This document shows, piece after piece, positions 1-14,917 of a DNA stretch of 64,000 nucleotides (positions within the stretch are counted from its first letter, which is position 1; every line of letters starts with the position of its first letter). The DNA comes from Amphiscolops sp. MND2022. Its lineage: Eukaryota. The notes beneath the pieces were generated by a model. That model ran no database searches, was not told the DNA's origin, and was given only the letters and a program-made list of their open reading frames with translations. The position numbers and the translations under genes are program-made. The stretch spans positions 63,056,001 to 63,120,000 of the forward strand of contig OZ076409.1 in the NCBI GenBank assembly GCA_964187785.1, read 5' to 3'.

Positions 1-2354
1 AGAAAAATTTGTTGAAAAAGTTTTTTTAATTGTTCTAATATAAGATATTTCGGTTTCTTATGAAAACGAAAAAAAAACGAAAATAGTTACTACTGTCAGA
101 GTTATCTGACGTTCGAATTGAAAAAAAGTGCTCGAGCAAAACTTTTCTCTGTTTTCATTCAAACAGAAAGATGTTTTTTTCTTAATTCAAAATTTTAGTG
201 TTTCGTAAGCACTTCTCGAAGTTAAACGAAACCTACGAAATGTTGAGAGAATCGTGATAGGTTACATGAGAGTTTGAATATTCGTATTAGAAACTTAAAA
301 TTGTTCGCAAATCACGACAAATAATTTTCGATGACCATTTTCGTGTCTCCGTGTTTCTGAGTGAAAAACGACAGAAAGTTTGATTTTTAATTCGCTCTTC
401 ACCTGTAGGCATATACAGAGTCGAGGTATCCAATTTTTGGAAGAATCTAGTTTTTTCTCGACGTGTTTTTCCCCCGAGACCTTCGGGTGTATATGAATTT
501 TGTTTTTTGGCACTGTGCAACTTTTTTCGGAAAAAAAATTTTCTTGAAAGTAATCCGCCTTTTTGGGTTCTTTGATGTCTTGAATTAAGTAAAAGCGTTT
601 TTCGGGCCTAAATACCCCGCTCTGATTATTGTCCTCACCGTGAGATTTTCTAGAACTTTATCAAAAGCACCCCTGAGCATATTAAAAGACTTAGTTCTCG
701 TTTTTTCCTCTCGAACAGCAAAACATCCGTGGTCATTTAGAATTCTTCGAGTGAAAAATTAGGTTATTTTTCATCGCTTGGATCAACGGGGGACAGTTAA
801 AACTGCGAGGCATGCCGCTGAACCTTCAAAAAAGCCGCATAAAGGCGGTTCTAAAATGCTTGCAGTTGTCTAGACATACTGCGTCATATAAACATTAATA
901 TCCTCATTTGACTGGCTTTTCTTGTTTTTTGAAACATCTAGAAGCTTGATACCCGTTGCTTTAACCTTGGGTATGACATGATGAAGCCTTCCTTGTTGGG
1001 CGCTGCATATTATACATCCCAGGAGAGTTCGAACACATTGATTAATGATTATTCTGTATTGATATTTATAGTCAATCAATTTATTTTTCAAAATTTGAGT
1101 TTGAATTTGAATTCATTATGGTTATTGTTTAACAACACGAAACACTTCACCAAAAGAAAATGTAAAGGAGAATCAACTTCAACTTGATATAACTTATTTG
1201 TAATATTTCAAAAGTTCGATAGGTGGAATCAACCACAAGTAGTAGTTTTATTGTACGCTAGTCAAATAGTTCTTTGCTGTAAGGTTGCGGTTCTGACAAG
1301 TTGCAATTGCGTGAATTGATGGAATGCTTGTTTTCAAAATCCATTGATTCAATCATTACCCTGGTCGAAGTTGCCGCGAAGTTTTACATGCACCTTCAAA
1401 AAATGCCGGCTAATTTTTTATAAAACATGGAAAATTCAGGGACCATGCCTGGAAAAATTTTGTAAAATTAACAGGTAACTTGTAAAATTTTTGTAAAATT
1501 ACCAGGCAACTTGGAAAATGCTGGCAGCATTTCAAGGTGTTTTTAAAAAATTTCCCTGCAACCTATAAAACAATTTTTAAAAAAATCCATGTAGTTTTAC
1601 TCAAAAAACTCGACAAAAAACTCTGAAAACGACCTTTCATTTTGAACTCAATTCTCATTCTGACGAAGTCTAATTTCTTCATTTCTAATGTTCTTGTAAA
1701 AAAATCAATAAGAATAAAACTGAATTAAATTCAATCAAAATATACAAAATTGAGTCACAATATACAAAATTATTGGCTCTTTTCTGTCCCAATCTTTTTT
1801 CAATTCAGATGATTCACCCAACACGTCATCACGCACATCAGCCACTCCACAAAAACATCAAATTGACAGGGTCTGAAACAAAAACATACAATCAATACTC
1901 TCTGGATCTCAGGAAAAAAACTCCAGGGCACATTTTATCGAACGAAAAATTGTTCTCGAACTTCGAAATGTCCTGAAGGCATTTCATTCAATTAATTCGG
2001 GCACAAATAAACAAGGCCAAATGGAAATTTTGGGAAGAAAAATCACTACTGAAAAAACCTTGGAAAAACGGAATGTTTCGTGCGAAACACAAGCAGCAAA
2101 AACACCAGCTATGATTGTTCCGAACACGAAGTTTTCGAAAAAGCGGAAAGCAAAAAAACATCAGAAAAAATTTACATCAAATTACGACAAAACTTGAAAG
2201 ACATACCGAAAACGTCTGTGAACGCATGTCCAAAGATGTTAGAAAGCATCGCTATCTTCTTCCACGTGCAACACTACAGCTGAAGCTGTCAACTCGGATG
2301 ATTCACCCAACACGTCAGTAGACCAGTAACAAGAAAACCAACAAACAAATCACC

Positions 2355-3245
2355 AATATAGTGATTTTAGACGTTATTTCACAAAATTAGTGATTTTAGA
2401 CGTTATTTCACTGAAATATGGGTATTTTAGTTGTTATTCCTGTGAAATACAATGCTTTTAGGTCTTATTCTACCCAAATAAAGTTATTTTAGACGTTATT
2501 CCACAATTATAGTGATTTTAGACGTTATTCCACAAATATAGTGATTTTAGACGTTATTTCACAAATATAGTGATTTTATATGTTTTTTCACAAAATTAAG
2601 GTTTTTAGACGTTATTTCACTGAAATATGGGTATTTTAGTGGTTATTCCCGTGAAATACAGTGCTTTTAGGTCTTATTCTACCCAAATAAAGTCATTTTA
2701 GACGTTATTCCACAAATATAGTGATTTTAGACGTTATTTCACAAATATAGGATTTTAGACGTTATTTCACAAAATTAAGGTTTTTAGACGTTATTTCACT
2801 GAAATATGGGTATTTTAGTGGTTATCCCCGTGAAATACAATGCTTTTAGGTCTTATTCTACCCAAATAAAGTTATTTTAGACGTTATTCCACAAATATAG
2901 TGATTTTAGACGTTATTCCACAAATATAGTGATTTTAGACGTTATTTCACAAAATTAAGGTTTTTAGACGTTATTTCACAGAAATATGGGTATTTTAGTG
3001 GTTATTCCCGTGAAATACAATGCTTTTAGGTCTTTTCTACCCAAATAAAGTTATTTTAGACGTTATTCCACAAATATAGTGATTTTAGACGTTATTCCAC
3101 AAATATAGTGATTTTAGACGTTATTTCACAAAATTAGTGATTTTAGACGTTATTTCACCAAAATATGGGTATTTTAGTGGTTATTCCAGTAAAATACAGC
3201 TTTTTGGCCATACTTTAACAAAATAACGTGATTTCAGACCTTATT
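2355..3245. repeat. Tandem satellite of ~29-31-bp monomers with ~180-210-bp higher-order structure
   Basis: Repeated core GTGATTTTAGACGTTATTYCACAAATATA; variant monomer GGTCTTATTCTACCCAAATAAAG recurs near 2461, 2670, 2849 and 3029. Confidence 0.95.
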
Positions 3246-6200
3246 TTAAAGGTAATCAGATGAGAAATGAAATACAATATCCAAAAATTTTGACAAGATT
3301 TTTCGGATTAGAATTTTTCATTTTCAAAATTTTTGTAGATTTTTTTTGATAAAAATCGACAAATTTTTCAATTCATGAGACAAACTCCAGCAAACATGAT
3401 TGTAAAAACCCAGAATAAGCCTTTCCAATAGTTTCCAAGGTTTTTTTCATGTATTTTGGCGCTGAAAAATGTTTGGAAAAATTTGAATTTCGGACCAATC
3501 GAAACAGTCTTATTTTGATATTCCGTTCTAAAGTAGTCCCTGAAAAAAATTGTGTAGAACTTCTATATGAAAATGAGTTTGTTTTTTTTATTCCGAAAAG
3601 TGATAAATATTGCCTATTTCAACAGTTTCCATGCAAAAAAAAATTTTCCACTGAAAAAAGTTCCAGTAATACGAATTTGTTTGCCACACGGGCACTGGTT
3701 GACTATTTGTTTACGTCATATTGTAGCGTCTGTGCTTACAAAATTCGAGGCCTTGCCCACGAAAACCTACAAATTTTCGCGGGGAATTTGTCTTTAATTT
3801 CCTTGATGTTACTCTGAAAACCCGCTAAATTGTAAAGAAATCTTGATAAATACCTGAAAAATCAGTGACGCAGCATGAAAATATTGAGCATGAAAACTTC
3901 TCTAAGCAGCTCCCAAAAACCTAATAAATTAGCCTTGCAACCTATAAAAGCATTAAAACTTTCGGGCACTTTCAACTAGGGTAAGCAACCAAAACGAGTC
4001 TTCTTCATTATTTATTCACGATGAAGTTCAAAACTGCTGATTTTTATACTCAACCAACTATTTGGAAACTAAATTGCTTCGTTTTAAACAAAAAGTTTTC
4101 CAATATCGATTGTGCATTGAATCGTGTTTAACAGTTGCTATTCTGTTTGCGATGTTTTGTCCAAGTTGAATTGTTTCAGCGCATATCGCACAAAAAACGT
4201 GAGGCCCCTAGGAAGAATACACTCATTGGCCTTTATGGCACTGTAATCAAAACCATAAAATCGTATACGGTTGCGTATTTTGAAAAACACAATGCTGTCA
4301 ACCGCCCAAAAAAGGTGTTACTGCGCAAAATCTTGATTGGATTTTGACTTTAGATCAAGTTTCATAACCATCGTTTGTTCCTGGCGTACGCTTTTTGTGA
4401 CGTTTTTACGAGTGCTTCAGTTTGAGGTCACAATGGAATTGCTATCTGTGAAAACACATTGCGTTACCTGATTTTGTCATTTTTAAAACTCACATTTTAT
4501 GGCGAACACGCTTGGTAGTGAGGAATTTTAGGAGAAATCTTTGCTGAAATTTTAAATACTATCAATTTTTCGGATAACAAGTTTGCATTAAGCCACGTTA
4601 ATTGTTTTACCAAACGATTGATAGAATTATGATTCAAACCGGAATTTGTTTTTTGAAATTTTAAAAATAATTCCATGTAAGCATATCTGTGACATTATCA
4701 ATTCAACTATCATACCACAATTCAAACTACAAAGTACATTGCAACTTTTTGGTCTCAAAAACGCATGGCCATCTTTTTACGTTTTACGGGATCTACTACA
4801 CTAGTTGTCTTTTGTAGAGCTAAGATTTCAACATTCTTCGACTGTCACTTAGAGAAATTTGATATCGATTTTGACTGCAGCCAAACAATTGGGTCTTACG
4901 TCAGTCAAAGACGAATGACAAAAGACTGAATTTGGGAACACCTTAGGCTTATAAGTGACAGGAGATTTTGAGAAATCACTTTCGCTTGTTGCCATTGCTG
5001 CGTCAATGTCACAATCCTTATGCAGTGCTGGCTATTACGTGCATACATACACACGTACACGTAGTTGCCTTTAAATCTTAAAGCACAGGGCATTGTCAGA
5101 AGGCACAGATTAACAGCCTTGTTGGTCTAGAAAAAGAACACTTCTGTTAGCTAGGGTTCACCCCAGAGGTATTATACTTCCCATTTTACCTGTACCTGTA
5201 ACATGTAATACCAACAACACCATGCATATAGCCAGATTTTTTTCACAGGGAAAAAACAAGTTTAGCCAGTAAAATAAAATGGCATCTCCTATTTTACATG
5301 CCGTTTTGTATTTTCCGCCTTGAGTTAATCTTTACTTCAATCCTCTGAGCTGACAAAAAAGGTAGTCGGAGAAAACGTCAGCGCCTATATCAACCTGTCA
5401 TAATCTGCATGTGTTTTGTATTATGGTCTCAGATTCAGAAAATCTTTGTTTATCAGATAGGCCGTCATTTTCCTTTGCCGCCATAATTTTGTATCCTTGG
5501 GACAATTAGCAACAAATCTTATGTTTGTTTATGGTAAAAATTTATGTTTTTATATTTCTCGATGGTACAGCGGTAAAAACGTTGGCCCAAGGTGCAGTGG
5601 GACGTTGGTTTGAACTAAGTTCAGGTCCAGATTGTTTTGTCCACAGTGAAAACTGTTCAAAAAGCGTTTTCTCATAAAGCATACTTAGAGTGAGGTAAAC
5701 CGGGTAAACGTCAAAAATTCAGCTATAGGGTATTTTTTGTTTTTGTTTTATGTTTGACAAGGCAGAGGACTCTATCTAACGAAATATAGAAGTATTTTTC
5801 CGAAAAGTATAGTTTTGGATTAATAGTGATCCCATTTCTGCGTTTTGAAAACTGGTTTGGCATTTGAGAAAACTTTTGTTTTGTGATCAGTTTTCTTGTG
5901 AGATGAACCAACTGTGGTGATTGGTATCACCTGAACCGATCAATAACAAGGAACAGCGGGAATAGCCGAGTAAGACTAACTTAACATGATTTTATAGAAA
6001 TGTCAAGGAAACTTCTATACATCAAAATTTCCCTAATTTAATTGAATTTTTTCAAGCTTCCCTGAAGATGCACCCTAAATTTGGCAATTTGGCGGCAGTC
6101 CAGCGCCATGAAGTTTTGCGAGTCTCATATACAGTTGAGACCATATCATTTTACCGCCATTTTAATCCAAATCAGCTTCAACCACATATAGATTTCAAAA

Positions 6201-6464
6201 TAGCATCATATTCAGCCTGTTGAACAGTGGTGATTACATAAGTTGAATATTCAAGAGAATAAAACGTGAAAATAGAGTTAAAACTTTCAACTCTAAATAG
6301 AGGAAATTGTGGAAAATGCATTGTATTCCTACAACTTTTTTAAATGGAATATTTTAAAATTTTTTGCACATGACGAAGTCAATGTGCATTGCAGTCCAGC
6401 TAAGTAAGTTTTTTTTCCACTATAGTCAACTTCATAATGAGCGCCTTTTAGAAAACAGCTAAAA

Positions 6465-6533
6465 CCCCAGAGAGATTCGAACCTGCAGCCTCCCGATTGC
6501 ACGGCATAAGTGTTGACCACTGTGCCATAGGGA
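6465..6533 (-). repeat. tRNA-derived (SINE-head-like) sequence
   Basis: Minus strand reads TCCCTATGGCACAGTGG (A-box-like) ... GGTTCGAATC (B-box) at tRNA-like spacing, with no convincing cloverleaf. Confidence 0.5.
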
Positions 6534-7688
6534 CGTTATTGAACAACGTTGAATATATACGCATGCGATTAAAATAATATATATACGCATATTAAAATAA
6601 TCGATGTCTTCGTCATGTGTTGCGAAGCACCGCTTCGCCTCTGTGTTAAGGTTAGGTTTAGAGTTAAGTGAAACTTTTCTGGAAAAAATTCATATACTTT
6701 AAAGGTACCCACTTGAGTTTCAAATGGTTTCCTCTTGAAAAAAGCGTTTAGCGAGCTTAAAAGCTCCTTTTTCGGCCATAGTAGACCGAATTATTTTTCG
6801 ACCATATTTCCGAAAGGAAAATGTTTTCAGAAATAAATTTTGACAAAGTTGTTATGATGTTTCCGGTTGGGGAAAAGCTGTTTTTGAGTCTTATGGGTAT
6901 TTTGTGGTGCTGTGAATTCGATTGAAACATTTACAATGCTGTACCTTCCCATATTCAAAACACTTCGCTTTTTGAAACTTTTGCTTTGGCCGTTCCCTGT
7001 TTGTCTCAAGGTTTTTTCTTTCATTTTACTTTTTCCGCAACCTCGATTTATTTTTTGCTCTGTTAGCTGCTTTAACCTTTCGGTAATATAGTCATTTGAA
7101 GTAAAAACATGGCATCCACTCTGATTTAGTTTTTCCCGAATAGTGGACTTCAACAAGGTTTCAGTCCATAACGGGAGAGTTCCTAACAATTTCTGCTTAT
7201 CTGTTCCATCTAAGTGCATAATACTATTCAGCTGTCACTAAACTCTTGTTCACGGCATTTCAACGAGCTCCCAGACTTCCTTTTTCTGTTAAGATTCCCG
7301 TTCTGCTCTCGCTGTTTGGTGCCACGTTTGAGTAAAACGTGCTTCTTTTATGCCTTTCGGTTACTCTTGATCAACATATTTGCAATGACACACCAGCGTT
7401 TGTTTTTTCGAGCTCTAACGAGTAAAAATGAAGACAAGTTGGTGCTTGTATCTGGAGCATACCTCATATATCGCATATGCCCCACATTCATTATGTGGGA
7501 AAGCACTTGAAATTATCAGGAACATTTACGAATGAAGTGGATTGAAGCTAGGCAAATGGCAATAGGCAAGATGTCTTTTCGACCGCCGCAAAGGAGCAAA
7601 AGTCTATGTGTCTGATCGGTATTTGTATTGTTAGGTTCTCCTGATAATTTTCTTTGATTTTTATTTGTCAGGATGACAATGAAGGCTA

Positions 7689-8953
7689 CCCATGTTGACC
7701 AAACATACTCACCATGCAATGATCATAGTTTGATCATACAATGATCATGGTCATTCCATGATCATGATCTTGCCAAGATCTTACCATGGAGACCATGTTT
7801 CATAGTGTGATAATACTATGACTATCATGTTTCATATTATGAACACAGTATGAAAACCATGTTTCAAAGGAAAAAATGTAGTAAGAATGTCGGACATGGC
7901 AGCTACCTGTGCACATAGTTAACAAAATTTGCTTGTTGAAGTCCCTATGCTGTATTTTTAGGGAGGCTCTCAGCTCGTGGGATACATAGTATCACACTTG
8001 ACGAGACCCACGACGAGAACGTGGCCTCTTTCGGGTCTCAAAACTGGAAAAATAAAAATCTAAAACTGCTTGAATTCAATGAAAACATTTCACATCTGTA
8101 TTTAGATACACTAGAATCGATGAATTATGACTATAACAAGACCATAATAACTAGTTTTCGGGTTAAACAATTACTAGAAACATCCGCAACAACGATGATG
8201 CAAAACGGGAATAACGTCTAAAGCCAAGTCATGCCTATTCCCTATATAGAGACCTTGAGTTTCAGTATGGGCTCAAATAACGACTGAAAATGTTTCGGCA
8301 CAACGTCTAAAGTTCAATGTATTAAAATTGGAATTAAGCACGACTTGGCTTTAGACGTTATTCCGGACCTAAGGAATAACTTCTAAATGCAAAACGGGAA
8401 AAACGTCTAAATGCAAAACGGGAATAACGTCTAAATCAGATATCATGGATCTAAAGCGTCTAAATGCAAAGCGGGAATAACATCTAAGGACCATGATATG
8501 TATTTCTTGACTTGATAAGATCGTATTATGTACTTCTTGAATTGATAAGACCATAATATGTACTCCTTGAATTGAAAAATTACCGAAAATACCCCCAAAA
8601 AATCCCGAAAATCCTACCTATCTCAGCGGCTTCAGGAAACACGGTGCCGAAAAGCGTCCTTAATGCTACCCGGGCCATTAAGGTAACCCTTATAACAGAA
8701 CAGAAACAACGGTTTCAAACTAAACATTGATAAAATGATTAATGGATGCGCGCCGATTTCCAAAAATAACCGCTAGGTGATAATCGAATTTTTGGAAAAT
8801 GTCGAACATGTTCAATCATACTATGATCATAGTCACCGACATGCTATTCATAATATGACCATACGATGATCATAGAATGACAATCATTTTCCATCATGAC
8901 CATACTATGACATGGTATGATTCATCATTTCCGAATATGTCGGTCAACCTGGG
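7689..8953. mobile_element. Non-autonomous TIR element (MITE-like) with TA target duplication and probable nested insertions
   Basis: TA-CCCATGTTGACC at the left end and GGTCAACCTGGG-TA at the right end (1 mismatch); both ends have ATGATCAT/CATG-rich subterminal arrays. Confidence 0.65.
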
Positions 8954-11349
8954 TAAGTCTGGAAAAAATCTTTTTCCGCTGTGAAACAATTCAAACTGTA
9001 AGAAAAGTAGCCCTTAATCGAAAGATCTATAAACTTTTATCCGCTTGTCAGCAAAATCCACTCTCAGTTTGCTAGGTTTTAGCAGACATTTGTGAGACCT
9101 CTATGATATTCGGGCTCTTTTTTCCACAAAACTGATAAATATTGAAATCTGTGTGCAATTTGAAAGCTTTTGAAACAGTATCGTGATCAAAGCTGTTCAA
9201 TAACAGATAAAATAGTTTATTTGATTTCAAAATTAACTTAATGCCGCGATCTTAATTTTTAATTGAGAAAGTTGCATATTTCAGAACCTTTCATTTGTTC
9301 AACACATTCTAATTCAAATGAATAAAATTGATCACAGCGTTAAAGTTTCGCAATAACAGGAACATCGGCTTCGCGAAACATCTGAAGTATTTTGAAATAC
9401 ATCATGAATGTGTCTACTAAGAAGCTGTTTATCTCAAGATAATCTGAAGAGCAAGTAGATATTTTTTTCATTTACCAAAAATAGATCATTCATTCACGTA
9501 TCTTCCGGCAATATTCTAGATTGATAATTACTTTTTAAACAGCCCCGATCGTGAATCATCACATCATCACATGTGACGAAACACATGGTACCCACTCGAG
9601 TATACTACAAAAAAATGAATTTTTGAACAGGTTTGAACCCTTGGTACCGGCACATCCATGTTTTCAGTCGGGGCATCTCATCAGAAAAAGTGCCTGACTT
9701 TTACGGTGACTAGTTTTTTTTCCTCCAGACTACAGAGCTCACATTAAATGATCCACTTGTTGAACAGACTTTTGCTGCAGCTCGATCGCTGCAAGTTATC
9801 GCTGCAGCTCGATGAGCCTCAGAGGGGACGCTAGCTTTAGACGTTTTGGTCTTGATTTGTTTCTGTAGGTGACAATTTTCACATCAAATGGCCCAGTTTT
9901 GTTGTATTTCAGCCCAAGATCTAAGCGTGCCCAGAGAGACTAAAAGGTCTCCCTTCAGTATTTCACTTTGAGTCAAAGTCATATGATATCAAAGGATACC
10001 CCTTTGGGCTTTTTTCTGTCAATGTAAGACTTTTTTCTAAAAATTTTTCATATCGCCAAAGGGTACCCCTTTGGTTTTTTCAGCTAGCGAAAACTGTTTC
10101 TTGAACCGATAGGGCCTATGAATATTTTGGCATTGTGTCACTTTTCCACTTTTGTTTTTTGAGATTTATGCGGAGCGCCGATTTTTGACGTTTTCATCTT
10201 ATTTCACTTTGCTACTATCTGTTTTCCGCCGTCAAATTATGTACGAAATAGCCACTGAAAAGAGTCGGTGAGTCTGTAACCATCTCCACAACTGTCTCCA
10301 CAATTAATCAATTGGGTTTTAAAATCTTCATTTCACGCAAACGTCCCCTACCATATAAGGTGTATATTTGCAGAAAACATTAAACAGGTATATGATTAAA
10401 CATCCTTTTGTTTCGCAACAAAGTGGAGAGATTTATTCAAAAATAAACTGCTTTGAAGTCAAGGCTTTGATGCTAGAGAAGATTTATCGCTTTTATTCTG
10501 ACATTCTGTTTGAAAATTTTTCTCTAGATTGCTGTAATTTGTGGAAAACAATGTAAAGTCTGTTAGACAATGGACCATGTCATCTAGATTGTGGTAAGAA
10601 ACCGGAATTTATTGCATCGTAAAAGAGATTTAAAAGACCATAAAGTGCGATGCCTTCCCTTGTTAGTTTGTTGACATCAAGATACTCTTCCGCTTTTCCC
10701 TTGCAAAAAAGTGGAACTCTGTTTCTTTTATCTACAAACTGCAGAAATTCTGCATAGCTTAACAAACTAAAAATTTTGAGAAGATAGATTGACAGGATAA
10801 AAGGAATACATTTTCTCCATTCTTTGTGAAACGGTTGCATCATGCAAATATAGAGAATTGATAAGGAACCAACTGGAACCAACCAAGAATATAAAACTAA
10901 TATAATTTCATCACATTTTTTGAATACGTTTTTCCGAGACAGCAAAATGAGTGAAAACTTGGTTTGCAGTGGACCCGTAGAACATTCTGAAGGTCAAACA
11001 GTTTGAAAAAGTTGAAGGCAAGCTTTTTGGTCAAACCTAGTTTTGTAATTAATGTAGCAAGTCACAACAAACAGAAGGCGACATTCTGGATGAATTTGCA
11101 ATGAACTGAAGACGATGCTGTGAAAAAATACAAAATGTGCAAAACTATTATCTACGAAGCTATTGTCTTTTTAGTCGGCGCTTCATGAAGTGGAACGCGA
11201 CTATAATAGTGGCGCTCTATTTTCAATCCACACAAACTGACCAAAATAGTTCTACAAGTTCTACAACATTTTCAGGCGCCAAATTGTACAGGGAACTGAA
11301 CTCTAATAGTTGTTCCTTTTTTAGCGTAACATACAAAACTGAACAATAC

Positions 11350-11690
11350 TAAAGGGTCTCCAAAGGGCCCCTTCCAATTTTTGATATTTTGTAACAGAAG
11401 GGATGTTGAAAAAACGCAAAGGGTCCCCCTTTTACATTTTACAGCACTATGAGACTTCTCGTTTTTCGTTTTTTTTTTCAGAAACTTTTTTAATGCCATC
11501 GAAGGGTCATTGATACTTTGCAACAGAAAAGATGTTAGAAAATTCCAAATGGTCCCGCTTTCAGCGCGCCAGTTCGATTCTCCTTTGGAATTTTTGGGTA
11601 CTGTGGGAGAGAATACTTGACACTTTGAAGTCCTGTTTGCTATTTTGAGCCTTAGGTATGGCGCCGACTGATGCCGTTCCCGACTTGTTG
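11350..11690 (+). repeat. Dispersed repeat family (AAAGGGTCCCC modules ending ...CTTAGRTATRGCGCCGACT...CGTTCCCG.CTTGTT)
   Basis: The same modules recur at ~9930-10200, 25172-25455, 25596-25797, ~25940-26200 and ~28040-28195. Confidence 0.75.
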
Positions 11691-12250
11691 CAGTAAATGC
11701 CGACTTATACCGAAGCGTTATCATTAAAATCAAAATAGACCTCGGTATGTGTTATACAAACCTTTTGTAACTTTCACAGTTATAACTTTCCGCCCATCTT
11801 TTCATAAGGGAGAAGAAAAATATTGAGCCGTGTTGTTTTTTTCTCCAAAGTTTCCCATTCCAAATTCATACCCGAATTACAAAGTCTCGTTCACAGAATT
11901 CAACTACCATAAATTTGGTTTCATGTGATATGATATTACAGAGATTTTGATTTTTAGGGTATCACCAAATTGACTCCGAAAAGAACTAAAATAACACAAT
12001 AATTTTTACAATTTTTGACAACTTACAATTTTAGAAAGATACCGTGACGATGAAAAACAGCTATGCAGTACGCGTTTTTACAGGAAAAGCCTCAGATTTA
12101 CCCAAAAAAATGGAAAGTTCAAAACTGTATAATTTTCAACACCTCACGCCATTTTTTGTAAACTTTTTGTGGCATAGAATGTTCAACACGTTTAGCAACG
12201 AATAAAATTGCCATATGGTGCGCTTATTGAAGAATTATTAGCGGAGTTTT

Positions 12251-12892
12251 CATGCGAAAAATACTTCTAAAACACAAAAATTCCAAAATGTCCGAAAATA
12301 CTCATTTTTAGGAGTCGGAAAAAATTTTCGACTACTTAAGCAGTCGTGTTGTTTTTTTTCCCGACCTTTCATGAAAATTTCAAATTTCTCAAAAACTGTC
12401 CATACGATTCTTGTAAAATTTAGCACAATTATTCTACACCCAAAGGGGCCCTGCTTGCGCAAAGGCATCAAAATGGTATGACTGGAATGTGAGAAACATA
12501 GCCAAAATTAGCCCAAAAATGTCCAAAAAAACAGCCATTTTTCGACTTTTTCTTTGATTTTCGCAAAAACTGTCGATACGATTCGAACAAAATTTGTAGT
12601 CATTCTACACCATATTATGGACCTTTGTGTATAATTTCATCAAATTTTATGGCTGCGATGTGAGAAACATTTGCCAAAATTAACCCAAAACGGTCAAAAA
12701 ACAGCAATTTTTCGACTTTTTTCAATTTTCTCAAAACTCTCCATACGATTCGAACTAAATTTTCTACAGTCATTTTCTACACCATAGTATGGTCCTATGT
12801 ATGCCATATCAATAAAATCGTATGACTGGGATTCGAGCGAGTCAGAAGGAAGAAGATCTAAGCCGACTCCTTTACCGCATATGCGGCTCTGG
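12251..12892 (+). mobile_element. Helitron-like non-autonomous repeat with three ~170-bp internal repeats
   Basis: AAAACTGTCCATACGATTC-like anchors near 12391, 12565 and 12733; ends in hairpin CCGCATATGCGG (12875-12886) followed by CTCTGG-T. Confidence 0.45.
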
Positions 12893-14107
12893 TTTTACAA
12901 CTTGTACAACTTTTCACCGAATTCATGAACTATTTTGAACAATGAAACACCCACTGACACCTATGTTGGCAACAAAAGCTCTTCAGTGCGCTTTTCGGTA
13001 GAGAAAATTGCTGTTTTATAATAGAAAAACCTCAACATTACTCCAAAAAAGTCAAACTTTTCTGTTTTTCGACCGATTGTAAGCAACGTTTTTGGTAATT
13101 TAGAGAGGTTTTGTGACTCAAAACGTTCACAAAAATTCCTTAATTGACGGACTACTGATCCAACACGCTTTTCTGAAGAGATATTTGCAGTGTTTTGTTA
13201 ACAAAATGCCTCAAAAACACCCAGAAAACCAAAACTCACTTTGTGGATTTTCAAAGCTTATTCGAACGGTTCGGTGGGTTTGAAACTTAAATGACTTAGA
13301 GGAAAAGTATTGATTTTTCAATACTACGACTTTCCCTAAAAATACAAAAAGGTATGATAATATCTATTTGCACTAGCTGTTTGTTCTATTTTTGTGACAT
13401 TTTAGTTTGTTTTCGTGGGTATGATTATCCACAGACCTTAGGAAAGTGAGTAATAAAAACAATTGGATTGAGAGACTTCAAAATTTTTTCATCGAATTGT
13501 ATTTATTGTGTTGAAAAATGACAGAAGTTCACAGTAACACCCAAGTTTTGTGCAACTTTCAAACGTTTCTGTGGATATGGCTTCTTTTATTGTTTTTTAA
13601 TGAACGCCTTCATGACTTTTGAGGAAATTTTTGCAGTGAGAAATTTCCGACAGGTTTCCAGAGGTGAGAAGATCCAGGGAAATGAAAAAAAACTGTCAGC
13701 TAATCATTTCTTTTTGCATTTGATGAAAACGAGTGTAACTGTTTAACTTTGTGTAAAAGGAACCAAAGTTTTTCGAGGATCATAGAGTAGTGGTTAAAGC
13801 GCTGAGGGTCTGTTAGCACGGACTCAGGTTCAAACCGCTCCCAACTCAGCATGTGTGTCGAGAAACCTCCTAATCCTTAGCTCAGTAGTATGATCTCTAA
13901 AAAGAGCAATTCGTAGAGAAACAAATGTGAAAAACTACAACGGACTGCCAGACCTTTGTGACCTAAAGCAGATCACTTTGATATCACAGCTTCGAGCCCT
14001 GCTCAGTTGACAACGAGGGTGCAACTTTGATACTAGATTGCTTCGGGGAGAGTGTCTTTAATTTAAGTGTTTTTAAACGAAATGAGATGATTTAAAAATT
14101 GACATTT

Positions 14108-14879
14108 TGTAACGACAAGCTGTTATCGGTCGCTTAACACGTTAACAGAGGTGGAGGAACCTGCAGAAATGGGTGAATCGCTCGAGACAGGCGCCCATCG
14201 CCACAGATCCATTTTGCCTCCAGGGGTGAAATACGTCCCGGGGCCGCGGGTGCTTCGACGAATACTGTCCAACCGGTCCTAGTCTTTGATTGCTAGTAGT
14301 AACGGGCATCTTTCTGGCTCTCTAAAGACCACCGCTTAACTAGCATATAAAAACAATGCCAAGAATAAGGTGAATTTCCAGTTCCAGAATGACATGTGAA
14401 TAAGATCTAAAATTGGGGAATAAGATCTAAACTAGCGCTAGCGCTACTGAATACAACTAAAATCACTGAAAATACATGAAAACAGGCACGAATATGGCAA
14501 ACGACACAGCTACAAGCTGGGGCGCAGGGGCTCCAAGCACCAAACAAGGATCTTTAGGCGAAAAGACTCATTTTTACGGTTTCCGCTACATAGGGTAGCA
14601 TAATGCTGAAAATCGATAAAACCGGTGTTAGCAATTCAAAAAGAGTCTCTTTTCGGATGTTCTTGCCGTCTCTGGTTTCTGTCGTGGCGGCGCGCCCGTG
14701 TTTTTGCTCGTTCTTGCTCTTTGTTGTCGAAGTACCTGCCAATTTCGTGGAAACAGCGAAAAGAGCAATCACATGCTCAGTGCCACGTCACACATCGGAT
14801 TAGAATTTTTGACAAAATTTCTGAACATGTCAAAGTTGCAAAATCGGTTGATATTGCTGTACCAGAGCTTGCCGTTACA
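14108..14879 (-). repeat. Element A 3' LTR
   Basis: Direct repeat of 20890-21661 with about 6 substitutions seen by eye; 14-bp terminal inverted repeat TGTAACGRCAAGCT/AGCTTGCCGTTACA. Confidence 0.95.
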
Positions 14880-14917
14880 TCACTCCCCGGGCTTTATGCA
14901 TGACGTCCCTGTCATGC
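14880..14917 (-). promoter_or_regulatory. Element A PPT region
   Basis: Minus strand GCATGACAGGGACGTCATGCATAAAGCCCGGGGAGTGA abuts the LTR and matches TGACGGGGACGTCA...CCCGGGGAGTGTA in element B. Confidence 0.8.

Noticed and set aside
1808..2317. 21-bp direct repeat GATGATTCACCCAACACGTCA (1808 and 2297)
   Set aside because: No TIR, poly-A or ORF between the copies; most likely internal to a repeat
2355..3245. CRISPR-like array
   Set aside because: Units are contiguous monomers without unique spacers, the context is eukaryotic and there are no cas genes
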